From Planctomycetales bacterium (GTDB lineage: Bacteria > Planctomycetota > Planctomycetia > Pirellulales > S012-138): a stretch of 64,000 bases of DNA. This document shows positions 28,212 through 37,122 of the stretch, piece after piece (the first letter of the stretch is position 1; the number at the start of each line of letters is the position of its first letter). A program made the translations under genes and the position numbers. Where the stretch lies: contig WFOE01000049.1 of the NCBI GenBank assembly GCA_015488215.1, forward strand, positions 12,761 through 76,760, in the 5' to 3' direction. The notes beneath the pieces were generated by a model, which saw only the letters and a list, made by a program, of their open reading frames with translations, made no database searches and was not told the origin of the DNA.

Positions 28212-28366
28212 GGGCGGTTCCTTGCACAAAGCCAACCTGGGAAGATGATACGCACCGTGCCGACGCCTGCCGGAGCAGAGACGTCCAAGGCAAGTGGCTG
28301 GGCTCTATTGTGCCTCAGATGCCCCTCGGGGACGAGACATCTGGCTTCGTTCTTCCTTCTCGGGCG

Positions 28367-29590
28367 TTAGCTCGCCGAGGCACCTTCGCCTGCGCAGCGC
28401 AGCTCGGCCAGGGCTTGGGCCAACTGATGGACCTGCTCAGGGGTGTGCTGGGCCGAAAGACTGATCCGCAGGCAGCACTGGCCTTCGGGGACCGAAGGCG
28501 GGCGGATCGCCGGCACCCACAGTCCCCGGCGACGCAGTTCTCCGGCCAGCTCCAGCACCCGCTGCTCGGTGCCAACGAAGACCGGCACAATCGGTGTAAC
28601 GCCCGGCGGCACGTTCCAGCCTTGGTCTTGTAACTGCCGACGAAGTTCGCCGGCCAGATGCAACAGCTTTTGGCGGCGTTCCGGTTCTTTTTCCACCAGC
28701 TCCAACGCGGCCCGGGCCGCCGCCGCGCTGGCCGGGGGCATGGCCGTGGAAAACACCAGACTGCGCGCTCGGTTGACCAGATGCAAAACCAGTTCTTCGC
28801 TCCCGGCGACAAATCCCCCCTGGCTGCCCAACGCCTTGCTCAACGTGCCCAGGTGAATGGGCACTTCCCCGTGCACGCCCAGGTGTTCGGCGGCTCCGCG
28901 CCCCTGGGGGCCCAGCACTCCTGTGCCGTGGGCTTCGTCAACCAGCAACATGCAGTCGTAGTGCCGGGCCAGACGCACTAGTTCCGGCAAAGGGGCCAAG
29001 TCCCCGTGCATGCTGAATACCCCGTCGGTGGCAATCAGGCGACGGCGGAACCTGCCGGCGTGTTCGCGCAGCAGAGTTTCCAAATGGTGAACGTCGCCGT
29101 GACGATAGACGAACACTTGGGCCCGTGAAAGCCGCATCCCGTCGATCAGACTGGCGTGGTTGTACTGGTCGGAAAACACCGCGTCCTGCCTGCCCACCAG
29201 CGCCGTAATCGTGCCCACGTTGGCCGCATAGCCGCTGGGGAAAACGACAGCGGCGTCCGTTTGCTCGAACCGGGCCAGTGCTTCTTCCAGCAGTTGGTGC
29301 TCGCGGTGATGGCCAATCACCAGGGGGCTGGCTCCCGCGCCCCAGCCTTCCCGGCGCGCAGCTTCGCAGGCGGCCTCGACCACCTGGGGGTGAGATGCCA
29401 ACCCCAGATAGTCGTTCGAGCCGAAGTGAACGTACTCCCGGCCGTCGAGCCGTGCGCGAGGAGCCGGGCTCCCTTGGCGAACGACCAGCCGGCGCAACCG
29501 GCCGGCTTGGGTCCAGGCGCTTCGTTCTTCTTCCAGCCAGCCAAGGGGATCGGACACCCGTCTGTCTCCCGAACGAGCTTTTGTCAGCAA
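28367..29590 (-). CDS. bioF: 8-amino-7-oxononanoate synthase (BioF-type alpha-oxoamine synthase)
   Basis: Motifs FGSNDYLGL, DEAHGTGVLG and the PLP lysine context TLSKALGSQGG. The start is non-ATG (TTG at 29590 or GTG at 29557). Confidence 0.82.
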   Translation of the reverse strand: MLTKARSGDRRVSDPLGWLEEERSAWTQAGRLRRLVVRQGSPAPRARLDGREYVHFGSNDYLGLASHPQVVEAACEAARREGWGAGASPLVIGHHREHQLLEEALARFEQTDAAVVFPSGYAANVGTITALVGRQDAVFSDQYNHASLIDGMRLSRAQVFVYRHGDVHHLETLLREHAGRFRRRLIATDGVFSMHGDLAPLPELVRLARHYDCMLLVDEAHGTGVLGPQGRGAAEHLGVHGEVPIHLGTLSKALGSQGGFVAGSEELVLHLVNRARSLVFSTAMPPASAAAARAALELVEKEPERRQKLLHLAGELRRQLQDQGWNVPPGVTPIVPVFVGTEQRVLELAGELRRRGLWVPAIRPPSVPEGQCCLRISLSAQHTPEQVHQLAQALAELRCAGEGASAS

Positions 29591-29717
29591 GGGGCCGACG
29601 CTGCTCCCAACCCTGTGCCTTCCATCTTACGCCGCGCCGGCGACCCTCGGGAGGAGGTCCGATCCGGCGGAGAGTGCGCTCCGGCCGGTTCGATGCGGGG
29701 AGGGCGAACCGTCGTCC

Positions 29718-30332
29718 CTATCGCGGCTCGCCCTCCAGGCGGTAGTTGGTCACGTTGTCCCGGTAACCGGCCACCAGGTAGCGGTCGCCGTGTTTGACGA
29801 GGATGACGGTGACTTCGCGGGCGTAGCGGTGGGGGATCGGTTCGGCAAGTTCCGCCGAGCGGTACTCGAACAAAACGTGGCCGAACACCCGCACCCTGGC
29901 CCGAAGGGGGCGATTCCCTGGCACCCACTCCACCCGCACGTCGCTTAGCGAAGCCCGCAGGATGCGCACCCGGGGCAGCACCCGCCGCAAGGCGTTGCGG
30001 GCCGAGCGGGCCCGGGGGTGCAGATAGGCCAGGACCGCGTTGACGTCGTTTTTTTCAAGCGCCTGGGCGATCTGGTACAAGGTCCGCTCCACCTGTTCGG
30101 TTTCGGTTACGACCAGGCGTTCCAGCACGACCAGGGCCACGGTCGCCGCCACGGTAATCAGCATGGCGGCCAGGTACTTTTTCTCCAGACGCTGCCGCCA
30201 CATTCCCCAAAAGGAAATGGAAGCCACGCTCCCCACCAGAATCGCCGGCCAGGGGCTTTCCAGCAGCCAGTGCAAGGGGAACTCCTTCAGCAAAGAGGCC
30301 AGGGGTGCGTTTCCAAGCGGCCGTGGCGGCAT
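29718..30332 (-). CDS. hypothetical membrane-anchored protein
   Basis: Track ORF with a GTG start at 30368. An internal ATG at 30332 gives two N-terminal helices and then a soluble domain of about 120 aa. No motif recognised. Confidence 0.6.
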   Translation of the reverse strand: MPPRPLGNAPLASLLKEFPLHWLLESPWPAILVGSVASISFWGMWRQRLEKKYLAAMLITVAATVALVVLERLVVTETEQVERTLYQIAQALEKNDVNAVLAYLHPRARSARNALRRVLPRVRILRASLSDVRVEWVPGNRPLRARVRVFGHVLFEYRSAELAEPIPHRYAREVTVILVKHGDRYLVAGYRDNVTNYRLEGEPR

Positions 30333-30464
30333 TGTTTGCCGTGGGGGGCCGGGGTAGATTCGTGGCACTCAATCTCTTTGGCCTGCGCTGCAGCCCTTGT
30401 GTCCCGGTGACCGGGCGCAGCGGAACGCGGACCCTCGACCTTATCCATCGAAGGACTTCACGGC

Positions 30465-31478
30465 GTGCGAGTGCTGGTAACCGGCGGGGCCGGCTACATC
30501 GGTTCGGTAACTGCCCATTTGCTGGCCAGCCGAGGGCACGAGGTTTGGGTTTACGATAACCTGAGCCGCGGCCATTTGGACGCGGCCCCAGCAGGGCGGC
30601 TCCTCCAGGGCGACTTGCGCGACGCGAGCCGTCTGGCTGCGGTGCTGCGCGAAAAGCGAATCGAAGCGGTGCTGCACTTTGCCGCGCTGGCCCTGGTGGG
30701 CGAATCCACCCAGCGGCCCCAATGGTACTACTCCAACAACGTACTGGGCTCGCTGTGCCTGCTGCAAGCGATGCAACAATCGGACGTACGGCGAATCGTG
30801 TTTTCTAGCACCACGGCCGTCTATGGCGTGGCCCGGCAGGTCCCCATCCCGGTGGAGCACCCCCGGGAACCCATCAACCCCTACGGCCGCACCAAACTGG
30901 CCGTGGAACATGCCCTGGCCGACTACGCTCGGGCCTGCGAGTTTTCGGTCGTGGCGCTGCGTTATTTCAACGCGGCCGGGGCCAGTCGGCTGTTCCCGCT
31001 GGGCGAAGACCACCGGCCGGAAACCCATCTGATACCCAACGCACTCCAAGTGGCCCTGGGCCAACGGGAACACCTGACCATCTTCGGCCAGGAACATCCC
31101 ACGCCCGACGGCACGTGCGTGCGAGATTACGTCCACGTGGACGATCTGGCCCGGGCACACCTGGCCGCGCTGGAGCAACTGCAGCGTCCCGGTTTTCGGG
31201 CGTACAACTTGGGCAGCGGTCGGGGGGCCAGCGTGCGGGAAGTGGTCGAAACGTGCCGACGCGTGACCGGACAGGCGATTCCCGTACGGATTGCCCCCGC
31301 CCGGCCCGGCGATCCTCCGCTGTTAGTGGCCGATGAGAGCCTGGCCCGCCGGGAACTGGACTGGAGCCCTCAAAACAGCTCGCTCGAAGAGATTGTCGCC
31401 AGCGCGTGGGACTGGCACCGGGAACACCCTTACGGCTATCGAGTGGCCCCGCCAAAGCGGCCCGGCCGAGTTGAGTGA
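30465..31478 (+). CDS. galE: UDP-glucose 4-epimerase
   Basis: 337 aa. Motifs: Rossmann VLVTGGAGYIGS, the catalytic YGRTK (YxxxK) and the NLGSGRG segment. GTG start with AAGGA upstream. Confidence 0.92.
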   Translation: MRVLVTGGAGYIGSVTAHLLASRGHEVWVYDNLSRGHLDAAPAGRLLQGDLRDASRLAAVLREKRIEAVLHFAALALVGESTQRPQWYYSNNVLGSLCLLQAMQQSDVRRIVFSSTTAVYGVARQVPIPVEHPREPINPYGRTKLAVEHALADYARACEFSVVALRYFNAAGASRLFPLGEDHRPETHLIPNALQVALGQREHLTIFGQEHPTPDGTCVRDYVHVDDLARAHLAALEQLQRPGFRAYNLGSGRGASVREVVETCRRVTGQAIPVRIAPARPGDPPLLVADESLARRELDWSPQNSSLEEIVASAWDWHREHPYGYRVAPPKRPGRVE

Positions 31479-31555
31479 TCACGGCGGGAGCTTGCCGCTT
31501 AAGCCCGGCTCGGAGCGTGCGCAACGGTTCCAAGGAGCAACGCCGCCGGAAGCGG

Positions 31556-32992
31556 TTACTTCGGCGCAGCGGCTAGTTCTTGGGCCAGTTGAGCTGCGGC
31601 CTGCTGGGCGCCCCGGATGCAAAACGGCACTCCCACCCCGTCGTAAGCGTTGCCCACCAGCGCAAGCCGCGGTTGGGCGTGCAGCCGATGGCGAATCTGG
31701 CGGACCAGCTCCAGGTGTCCCACGTGATACTGGGCCATGGCCCGCGGCCAGCGAAACACGCGATGCCAGAGCGGCTTTGCGGACCAGCCGCACAGTTGGC
31801 TCACTTCGTCCCAGGCGATTTGCTGGAGTCGTTCGTCGGAGAGTTCCAGCAGCGGTTGCAGGCGATCCCCTCCGATAAACACGCGCACCAGCAGGCCCCC
31901 GGGCGGAGCGCGGTGCGGGAACTTGACCGAACTGAAACTCACGGCCAGCACCTGGCGCTGTTCCACCTCGGGCACCACGAAGCCGAATCCCCGCGGCGGC
32001 TCGGGCAACTGCTCCAACCGCACGGCAAAGCAGACCACAGCGGCCGAGCCGTAGGGAATCCGCTCCAGCAGCCCGGCCAGCTCCGCATCGTGGTACCGGA
32101 GCAGCCCGGCGGCCCGGTGAGCCGGAACGGCCAGCACCAGGGCGTCCACTTCAGCGGCGGTCGGAGTTGCCTGGTTGCCGTTCTGGTAAAGGACGCGCCA
32201 GCCCGTGCCGCAGCGTTTCACCTCGGCCACCGGGCTCTGGCGGTGGATGGCGTCCTGGGGGAGCTGTTCGGCCAGGCGGTGGACGAGCTGTTCCATCCCC
32301 TGCCGAGGGGCCACAAACAGCCCGTACCGCGCTCCCGAGCCGCTACCGTTTGCCCTGGAACGACTCGGACCGGTTCGGCTGTGCCACCAGGCCGCGCCCA
32401 GGCTGCCGTAGCGGCGTTCCATCTGGACGAAGCGCCCCAAGGCCGCCTGCATCGAAAGCCGCCGGGCGTCGGCCGCGTAGATGCCGGCCACGAGCGGTTG
32501 CACCAGGTGTTCGAACGCCTCCCGGCCCATGCGGCGGACGGCGAAATCGGCCAGCGACTCGTCGCGCCGGTCCCACCGGGGCGGCACCAGCGGTTCGGCC
32601 AGCAGCCGCAGTTTCCCTCGCCAGGAGAGCAGCGGCGTGGTCAGCAGCGGCCACAGCCGGGTGGGCATCATCACGGCGAATCCTTCCGGGATGGGCACCA
32701 CCCGCCCCCGATGGACGACAAAGGCCCCGCGGTGTTCCGGGTTGGTGCCCACCAGCTCCACGTCCAGGCGGCGGCAGAGTTCCACGGCCCAGGGCACGTT
32801 GGTAATGAACATATCGGCACCGCCCTCGACGCAGTAGCCGTCTATCCACTGGGTGTAAAGCGCCCCGCCGAGCCGGCTGCTTGCTTCCCACAGGTGAATC
32901 CGCGCCGTGGGCAACCGCTGCCGCAGGTAATAGGCGGTGGCCAGGCCGGAGACTCCGCCGCCGACGATTCCCACCACGGGCTGCTGGTTCAT
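31556..32992 (-). CDS. protoporphyrinogen/coproporphyrinogen oxidase (HemY/CgoX family, FAD-dependent)
   Basis: Trimmed to the ATG at 32992 (MNQQPVVGIVGGGVSGLATAYYL, an FAD dinucleotide fold). C-terminal LALVGNAYDGVGVPFCI is typical of HemY. Confidence 0.86.
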   Translation of the reverse strand: MNQQPVVGIVGGGVSGLATAYYLRQRLPTARIHLWEASSRLGGALYTQWIDGYCVEGGADMFITNVPWAVELCRRLDVELVGTNPEHRGAFVVHRGRVVPIPEGFAVMMPTRLWPLLTTPLLSWRGKLRLLAEPLVPPRWDRRDESLADFAVRRMGREAFEHLVQPLVAGIYAADARRLSMQAALGRFVQMERRYGSLGAAWWHSRTGPSRSRANGSGSGARYGLFVAPRQGMEQLVHRLAEQLPQDAIHRQSPVAEVKRCGTGWRVLYQNGNQATPTAAEVDALVLAVPAHRAAGLLRYHDAELAGLLERIPYGSAAVVCFAVRLEQLPEPPRGFGFVVPEVEQRQVLAVSFSSVKFPHRAPPGGLLVRVFIGGDRLQPLLELSDERLQQIAWDEVSQLCGWSAKPLWHRVFRWPRAMAQYHVGHLELVRQIRHRLHAQPRLALVGNAYDGVGVPFCIRGAQQAAAQLAQELAAAPK

Positions 32993-33036
32993 GGTCGCGG
33001 TTCCGCGGGGTTTTCCTTGGAGCAAACCGAGTCGGC

Positions 33037-33627
33037 TCAGCGGCGATAGGTGCCCACCAGCTCGGCCTGGGCCAGCACGTGCCCCTGGATGGCCTGGAGC
33101 AGTTGCTCTTTGGTGGCCCCCGGGGGCAGTTCCACGGGAGCATCCAGGGCGTAGAGCTTGAAGTGGTAGTGATGCACTCCCGAGCCCGGCGGCGGCGACG
33201 GCCCACGGTAGCCAATCCGCTGGCCCGTGTGCCACGAGTTCACTCCCTGTAAGGCTCCCGGCGGCTGGTCAAGGCGTTCCTGGGGCGGAATCCCTTCGGG
33301 CAAGGAGCGCACGTCGGCTGGGATCTTGTACAGCACCCAGTGCACCCAGGGGTCCGGCGTAGGGGCGTCCGGGTCGTCGCACACCAGGGCGAACTCCTGG
33401 GTGCCATCGGGCACGCCTTCCCAACTGAGTGGCGGGGAAATGTCCTCGCCGTCGTCGGTGTATTTCGAGGGGATGTCCCGATTCGGCTCGAAAGCCGAGC
33501 TGCGCAGTACGAACGTCATGGTTCGTCCTTCTCCTGAAGCCGCTGGAGTGGACGAGGGCCTTTCCGCCTGGCAGCCGCCAAGCACGACAAGGCCTACCAA
33601 CAAACACCCAAACCACTTGTGATTCAT
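33037..33627 (-). CDS. YbhB/YbcL (PEBP, Raf-kinase-inhibitor-like) family lipoprotein
   Basis: Trimmed to the ATG at 33627. It has a lipobox (LVVLGGC) and the PEBP signature YRGPSPPPGSGVHHYHFKLYALD. Confidence 0.9.
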   Translation of the reverse strand: MNHKWFGCLLVGLVVLGGCQAERPSSTPAASGEGRTMTFVLRSSAFEPNRDIPSKYTDDGEDISPPLSWEGVPDGTQEFALVCDDPDAPTPDPWVHWVLYKIPADVRSLPEGIPPQERLDQPPGALQGVNSWHTGQRIGYRGPSPPPGSGVHHYHFKLYALDAPVELPPGATKEQLLQAIQGHVLAQAELVGTYRR

Positions 33628-33799
33628 AGGCGCGCAACTCTCGGTGAAGAGCATCCCCACGTCCCGTTTCCCATGTGTTCAATTATAGCTACGCGGCCCC
33701 GGAGCAAAACCGGCCCCCCAAAGCAGGCAACGTCGCTTGGAATCCCAGGCCGAAAAGAAACACCGAGGTTCAGAGCAAGGCGAGCTCCTCTGCCACGAA

Positions 33800-34430
33800 C
33801 CTTATGCGTGAACCAGAATCTTAGCGAACCAGAATCTTTGGGCACAGAAGCAGACAATCCTGCCCGGGGTTTCGGCCACCCCCGGACGAAAGAAGCAAAG
33901 AAGTCTTGTCTCTTGCGTCTTCGGTCCTGGGCCGCCCGGAACTCACGGCGATTGCCCACCCCGCGCCGCGGCAAGATTGCCGCCGTGTGGCGCGGTTCGT
34001 CGTGTGTTTTGTGAGAATTGGCGCTTATTCTTGCCCCGGAGCGGAAGCTCCCGCGCAAGGCGCACGTCGCAAGCCGCAAGCCAACTCTCGCCCGGCGAGC
34101 CCCGGACTTCAGTCCGGGGAGGATCGGAGAACCGGGAAAAAACGTTTCCTCGTTCTTTTCCTCTCGCTGTTTCCTCGAACCGGCGTTTATTCTCGCACCG
34201 GAGCGGAAGCTCCTAGTCGGAGACGGCCGTGCCGTCCTCCGCCGACTGAAGTCGGCGGCTCGCTGAGTTGTGAGAATCGGCGCTTGTTCGCATATCCAGC
34301 GAGCCGCGAGTGTCAACTCGCAAAAGCGGCGGAAGTACCGGCGTTCGCCTTTTTCTGGACTCCGGGAGCAGAAGCTCCCGGCTCGCCGTTTCCAAGAATC
34401 GGCGTTTTTGCTTGTTCTTGTATTGGAGCT
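33800..34430. repeat. intergenic multi-hairpin repeat array R5 (largest; between PIG-L stop and PEBP start)
   Basis: GAACCAGAATCTT x2 (33810-33838); inverted CAAGAC heptads (33903-33925); GGAGC-GGAA-GCTCC (34038-34051, 34200-34213); GGCGAG-CCCCGGAC-ttca-GTCCGGGGA (34094-34120); CCGCCGAC-tgaa-GTCGGCGG-CTCGCTG (34239-34265); GCGAGT-gtca-ACTCGC (34306-34321); CCGGGAGC-agaa-GCTCCCGG-CTCGCCG (34362-34388). Confidence 0.9.
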
Positions 34431-34445
34431 AGGGCCGCGTCCTTG

Positions 34446-35219
34446 CTACGGGGCCGGTTTGACCCGGCCGGGAAGCAAGCGTTCCAGGATGTTATCGTGG
34501 GGGTAGGGGTGCCCTCGGTGCTGGCGAAATGCTTCGGCGTATTGCACGCCCACTTCCTCGCCGCGCTTGGCCGACCAGCGCCGCTGGCTTTCCAAATATT
34601 CGTCCACTCCATGCTGCGCCCGCAGCCACGCCCGCTGGCTCTCATGGCAGGCTAGCATCCGCTGCTTGGTTTCGAACGTGTCGGAAATATCCACGTAGAA
34701 ATGTGGCGGAACGGGCTGGCCCCAGTGGTCGATCCCTTCCAGCGGGTCCACGTAGAACAGATAGGGAATCTTTTCGGTGGCCGGGGCCGGGTCCCATTGC
34801 CGCGTGCTGTAGTTGGGACAACTGGCGTTGAAACACGCGTCGCGCACCAGGCGGCTGGTCGCTTCGTGGTCGTCCATGTAGTCCACCGGCGGAGCGGTAA
34901 ACACCACGTCGGGCCGGAATCGCCGCACCGCCTCGGTCACGCGGCGTTTGGCGTCGTTGTCGATGACGATGCTCAGATCGCGGAACTCCAGGCAGGCGTA
35001 TTCGGCTCCGATCAGCTCGGCCGAATGCCGTGCCTCCTGGCGGCGAATGGCGGCGATGGCTTCCGGACCCAGTTCTTGCGAACCGCAATCTCCCGGCGTC
35101 ATGGTAACGATGGTGATGGAGTGCCCCTGCTGGGCCAGCAGGGCCAGCGTGCCAGCGCATTGGAACTCCACGTCGTCCGGGTGGGCGTGAATGGCCAGGA
35201 TGCGCAGCGGTTGGCTCAT
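34446..35219 (-). CDS. PIG-L family deacetylase (LmbE-like)
   Basis: Trimmed to the ATG at 35219 (MSQPLRILAIHAHPDDVEF...). The AHPDD metal-binding motif is present. Confidence 0.88.
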   Translation of the reverse strand: MSQPLRILAIHAHPDDVEFQCAGTLALLAQQGHSITIVTMTPGDCGSQELGPEAIAAIRRQEARHSAELIGAEYACLEFRDLSIVIDNDAKRRVTEAVRRFRPDVVFTAPPVDYMDDHEATSRLVRDACFNASCPNYSTRQWDPAPATEKIPYLFYVDPLEGIDHWGQPVPPHFYVDISDTFETKQRMLACHESQRAWLRAQHGVDEYLESQRRWSAKRGEEVGVQYAEAFRQHRGHPYPHDNILERLLPGRVKPAP

Positions 35220-35416
35220 CGCCGGAACTCCTTGCTCAACGGGAGCGGGCCACTTCGGCCCCGAGTACAGCAAAGCGCCTCCCGGTGGTCAAGGGTTCCG
35301 CGCTTCCGCCCTGGGGAGGCCATTTCCGCCCACTGAGCTTGCCGGTTACAATGCACCCGCTGTGCGCAGGCCGGTTCCGGTCGAACGCTCCGCAACGCGA
35401 AATCAAGGAAACGCCA

Positions 35417-35977
35417 ATGAGCACCGTCTACACCCCGCTGGTGGAACAGATACTTCAGGTGCCGCGTCGCGAGTCGCTGGGGCCCGGCGTGGCCACGCAC
35501 CAGGCTCGGCCGCTGCTGGAACGCCTGAGTCCAGAAACCCTGGCCGAGCCGCATCCGGTGGGCGATACGCAGATGGCTCTGGCGTGTTGCTCGGGCTTGT
35601 GGCTTTACCACAACTATCTGGACCACTCGCACCGCCTCAGTCAGCAGATCGATACGATCCACGGCAGTTTCTGGCACGGTATCATGCACCGCCGCGAAGG
35701 GGATTTCGGCAACGCCAAATACTGGTTCCGCCGCGTGGGAGAACATCCCATCTTTCCCGCTCTGGCTCAGGCTGCACGCGAAGAAGCCGCCCGGTACGGA
35801 ACCGACGACCAGAGCGAATACCTCGGCCGGCTTGTCGATTGGGACCCGTTTGCCTGGATTGACCTGTGCCAGGCCGTGCTGGAAGGCGAAAGCACCAGCG
35901 AGGCGCTGTGCCTGGCCATCCAACGCCACGAGTGGCAACTGCTGTTCGACTACTGCTATCAGGAAGCCGTGGTCTGA
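35417..35977 (+). CDS. hypothetical protein (186 aa)
   Basis: Trimmed to the ATG at 35417. Codon usage looks coding. Conserved-looking segments are HGSFWHGIMHRREGDFGNAKYWF. No family assignment. Confidence 0.62.
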   Translation: MSTVYTPLVEQILQVPRRESLGPGVATHQARPLLERLSPETLAEPHPVGDTQMALACCSGLWLYHNYLDHSHRLSQQIDTIHGSFWHGIMHRREGDFGNAKYWFRRVGEHPIFPALAQAAREEAARYGTDDQSEYLGRLVDWDPFAWIDLCQAVLEGESTSEALCLAIQRHEWQLLFDYCYQEAVV

Positions 35978-36089
35978 ACCGGCCGGTGGTCCTCCAGTCC
36001 GGCGAAAATGGCTTGCCGGAATCGGACAAACGACCTCCGCTTTTTCTTTGGCCTGGAAGCAGGAGCTGGTCGGTTCGTTTTCCTGGCGT

Positions 36090-37019
36090 TTATCGGGCAC
36101 TCTTGGCACCCAGCAGCCAGACCAGCAGCCCTTTTTGGGCGTGCATCCGGTTGGCCGCCTGCTGGACGATGACGCTTTGCGGGCCGTCGATAACCTCGTC
36201 GGTGACTTCCTCGCCGCGGTGGGCCGGCAGGTTGTGCATGAACACCGCATCGGCCGGGGCCTGGGCCATCAACTGGGCGTTCACCTGATAGGGGGCGAAG
36301 GTGGCCAGCCGCTGGGCCTTTTCTTTCTCCTGGCCCATGCTTACCCACACGTCGGTATAGACCACGTCGGCTTCGCGCACCGCTTCGGCCGGGTCAGCGG
36401 TCATTTGCAGGTCCACGTCGGGGGCGATTTGCCGCAACCGCTCCAGAAACGCCTGGTCGAACTGGTGTTCCGGTGGGGCAGCCAGGCGGAACCGCAACCC
36501 CAGGTGTCCACAGGCCGTGGCCAGACTGCGAGCCACGTTGTTCCCGTCGCCCACGAACGCCAGAGTGCGCCCCTGCACCTGGCCGAACAGCTCGCTGAGC
36601 GTGAACAGGTCGGCCAGCGCCTGGCAGGGGTGGGCGTAGTCGGTCAGGGCGTTGATGACCGGCACCTGCGACCAGCGGGCCAGCTCTTCGACCCGTTGAT
36701 GGCTCTTGGCCCGTACGATGACTACGTCCACATACTGGCTGAGCACCCGGGCGAAATCGGCCGCCGACTCCCGCGATCCCCAGCCCACGTCCTTGCCCAG
36801 AAACAGTGTGCTTCCGCCCAGATGGGCCATGCCCGACTCGAAACTGACTCGAGTCCGCAACGAGGGGTGCTCGAACAACAGCGCGGCCACGCGGCCGGGC
36901 AGCAGCGGTTCGCGCACGCCTTGTTCGAACTTCTGCTTCAGGTCGCGGGTAATGGCGTAGATGCGCTGGATTTCGGCAGCGGTCAGATCGCCCAAGGTCA
37001 GCACGTGTCGCACGCTCAT
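36090..37019 (-). CDS. argF: ornithine carbamoyltransferase
   Basis: 309 aa. Motifs: the carbamoyl-phosphate site STRTR-like (SLRTRVSFE), the HPCQ motif (AHPCQALAD) and HNLPAHRGEE. Confidence 0.95.
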   Translation of the reverse strand: MSVRHVLTLGDLTAAEIQRIYAITRDLKQKFEQGVREPLLPGRVAALLFEHPSLRTRVSFESGMAHLGGSTLFLGKDVGWGSRESAADFARVLSQYVDVVIVRAKSHQRVEELARWSQVPVINALTDYAHPCQALADLFTLSELFGQVQGRTLAFVGDGNNVARSLATACGHLGLRFRLAAPPEHQFDQAFLERLRQIAPDVDLQMTADPAEAVREADVVYTDVWVSMGQEKEKAQRLATFAPYQVNAQLMAQAPADAVFMHNLPAHRGEEVTDEVIDGPQSVIVQQAANRMHAQKGLLVWLLGAKSAR

Positions 37020-37122
37020 AAACGCTCCGGAAAGTTCAGGGCTTGGGGTTCGGGGATCGCGAAAGGCTGGGGCCGGCCGAAAAAAGGGTTCTATGGAATG
37101 GATTCGGTCGCGGGGGTGCCGG

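Noticed and set aside
33800-34430. CRISPR array interpretation of the palindromic repeats
   Set aside because: The repeat units are heterogeneous modules of different lengths with no constant repeat-spacer periodicity. The material between them is itself repeated at other loci. No cas genes are present.
33906-34655. Track ORFs lying inside repeat arrays (for example 33906..34655 of 249 aa, 40688..41347 of 219 aa, 23393..25075 of 560 aa) as repeat-encoded proteins
   Set aside because: Their sequences are low-complexity translations of the hairpin modules (recurring SGSS, ERKLL and RRLKSAAR strings). They cross into neighbouring real genes out of frame and have no consistent start or SD.
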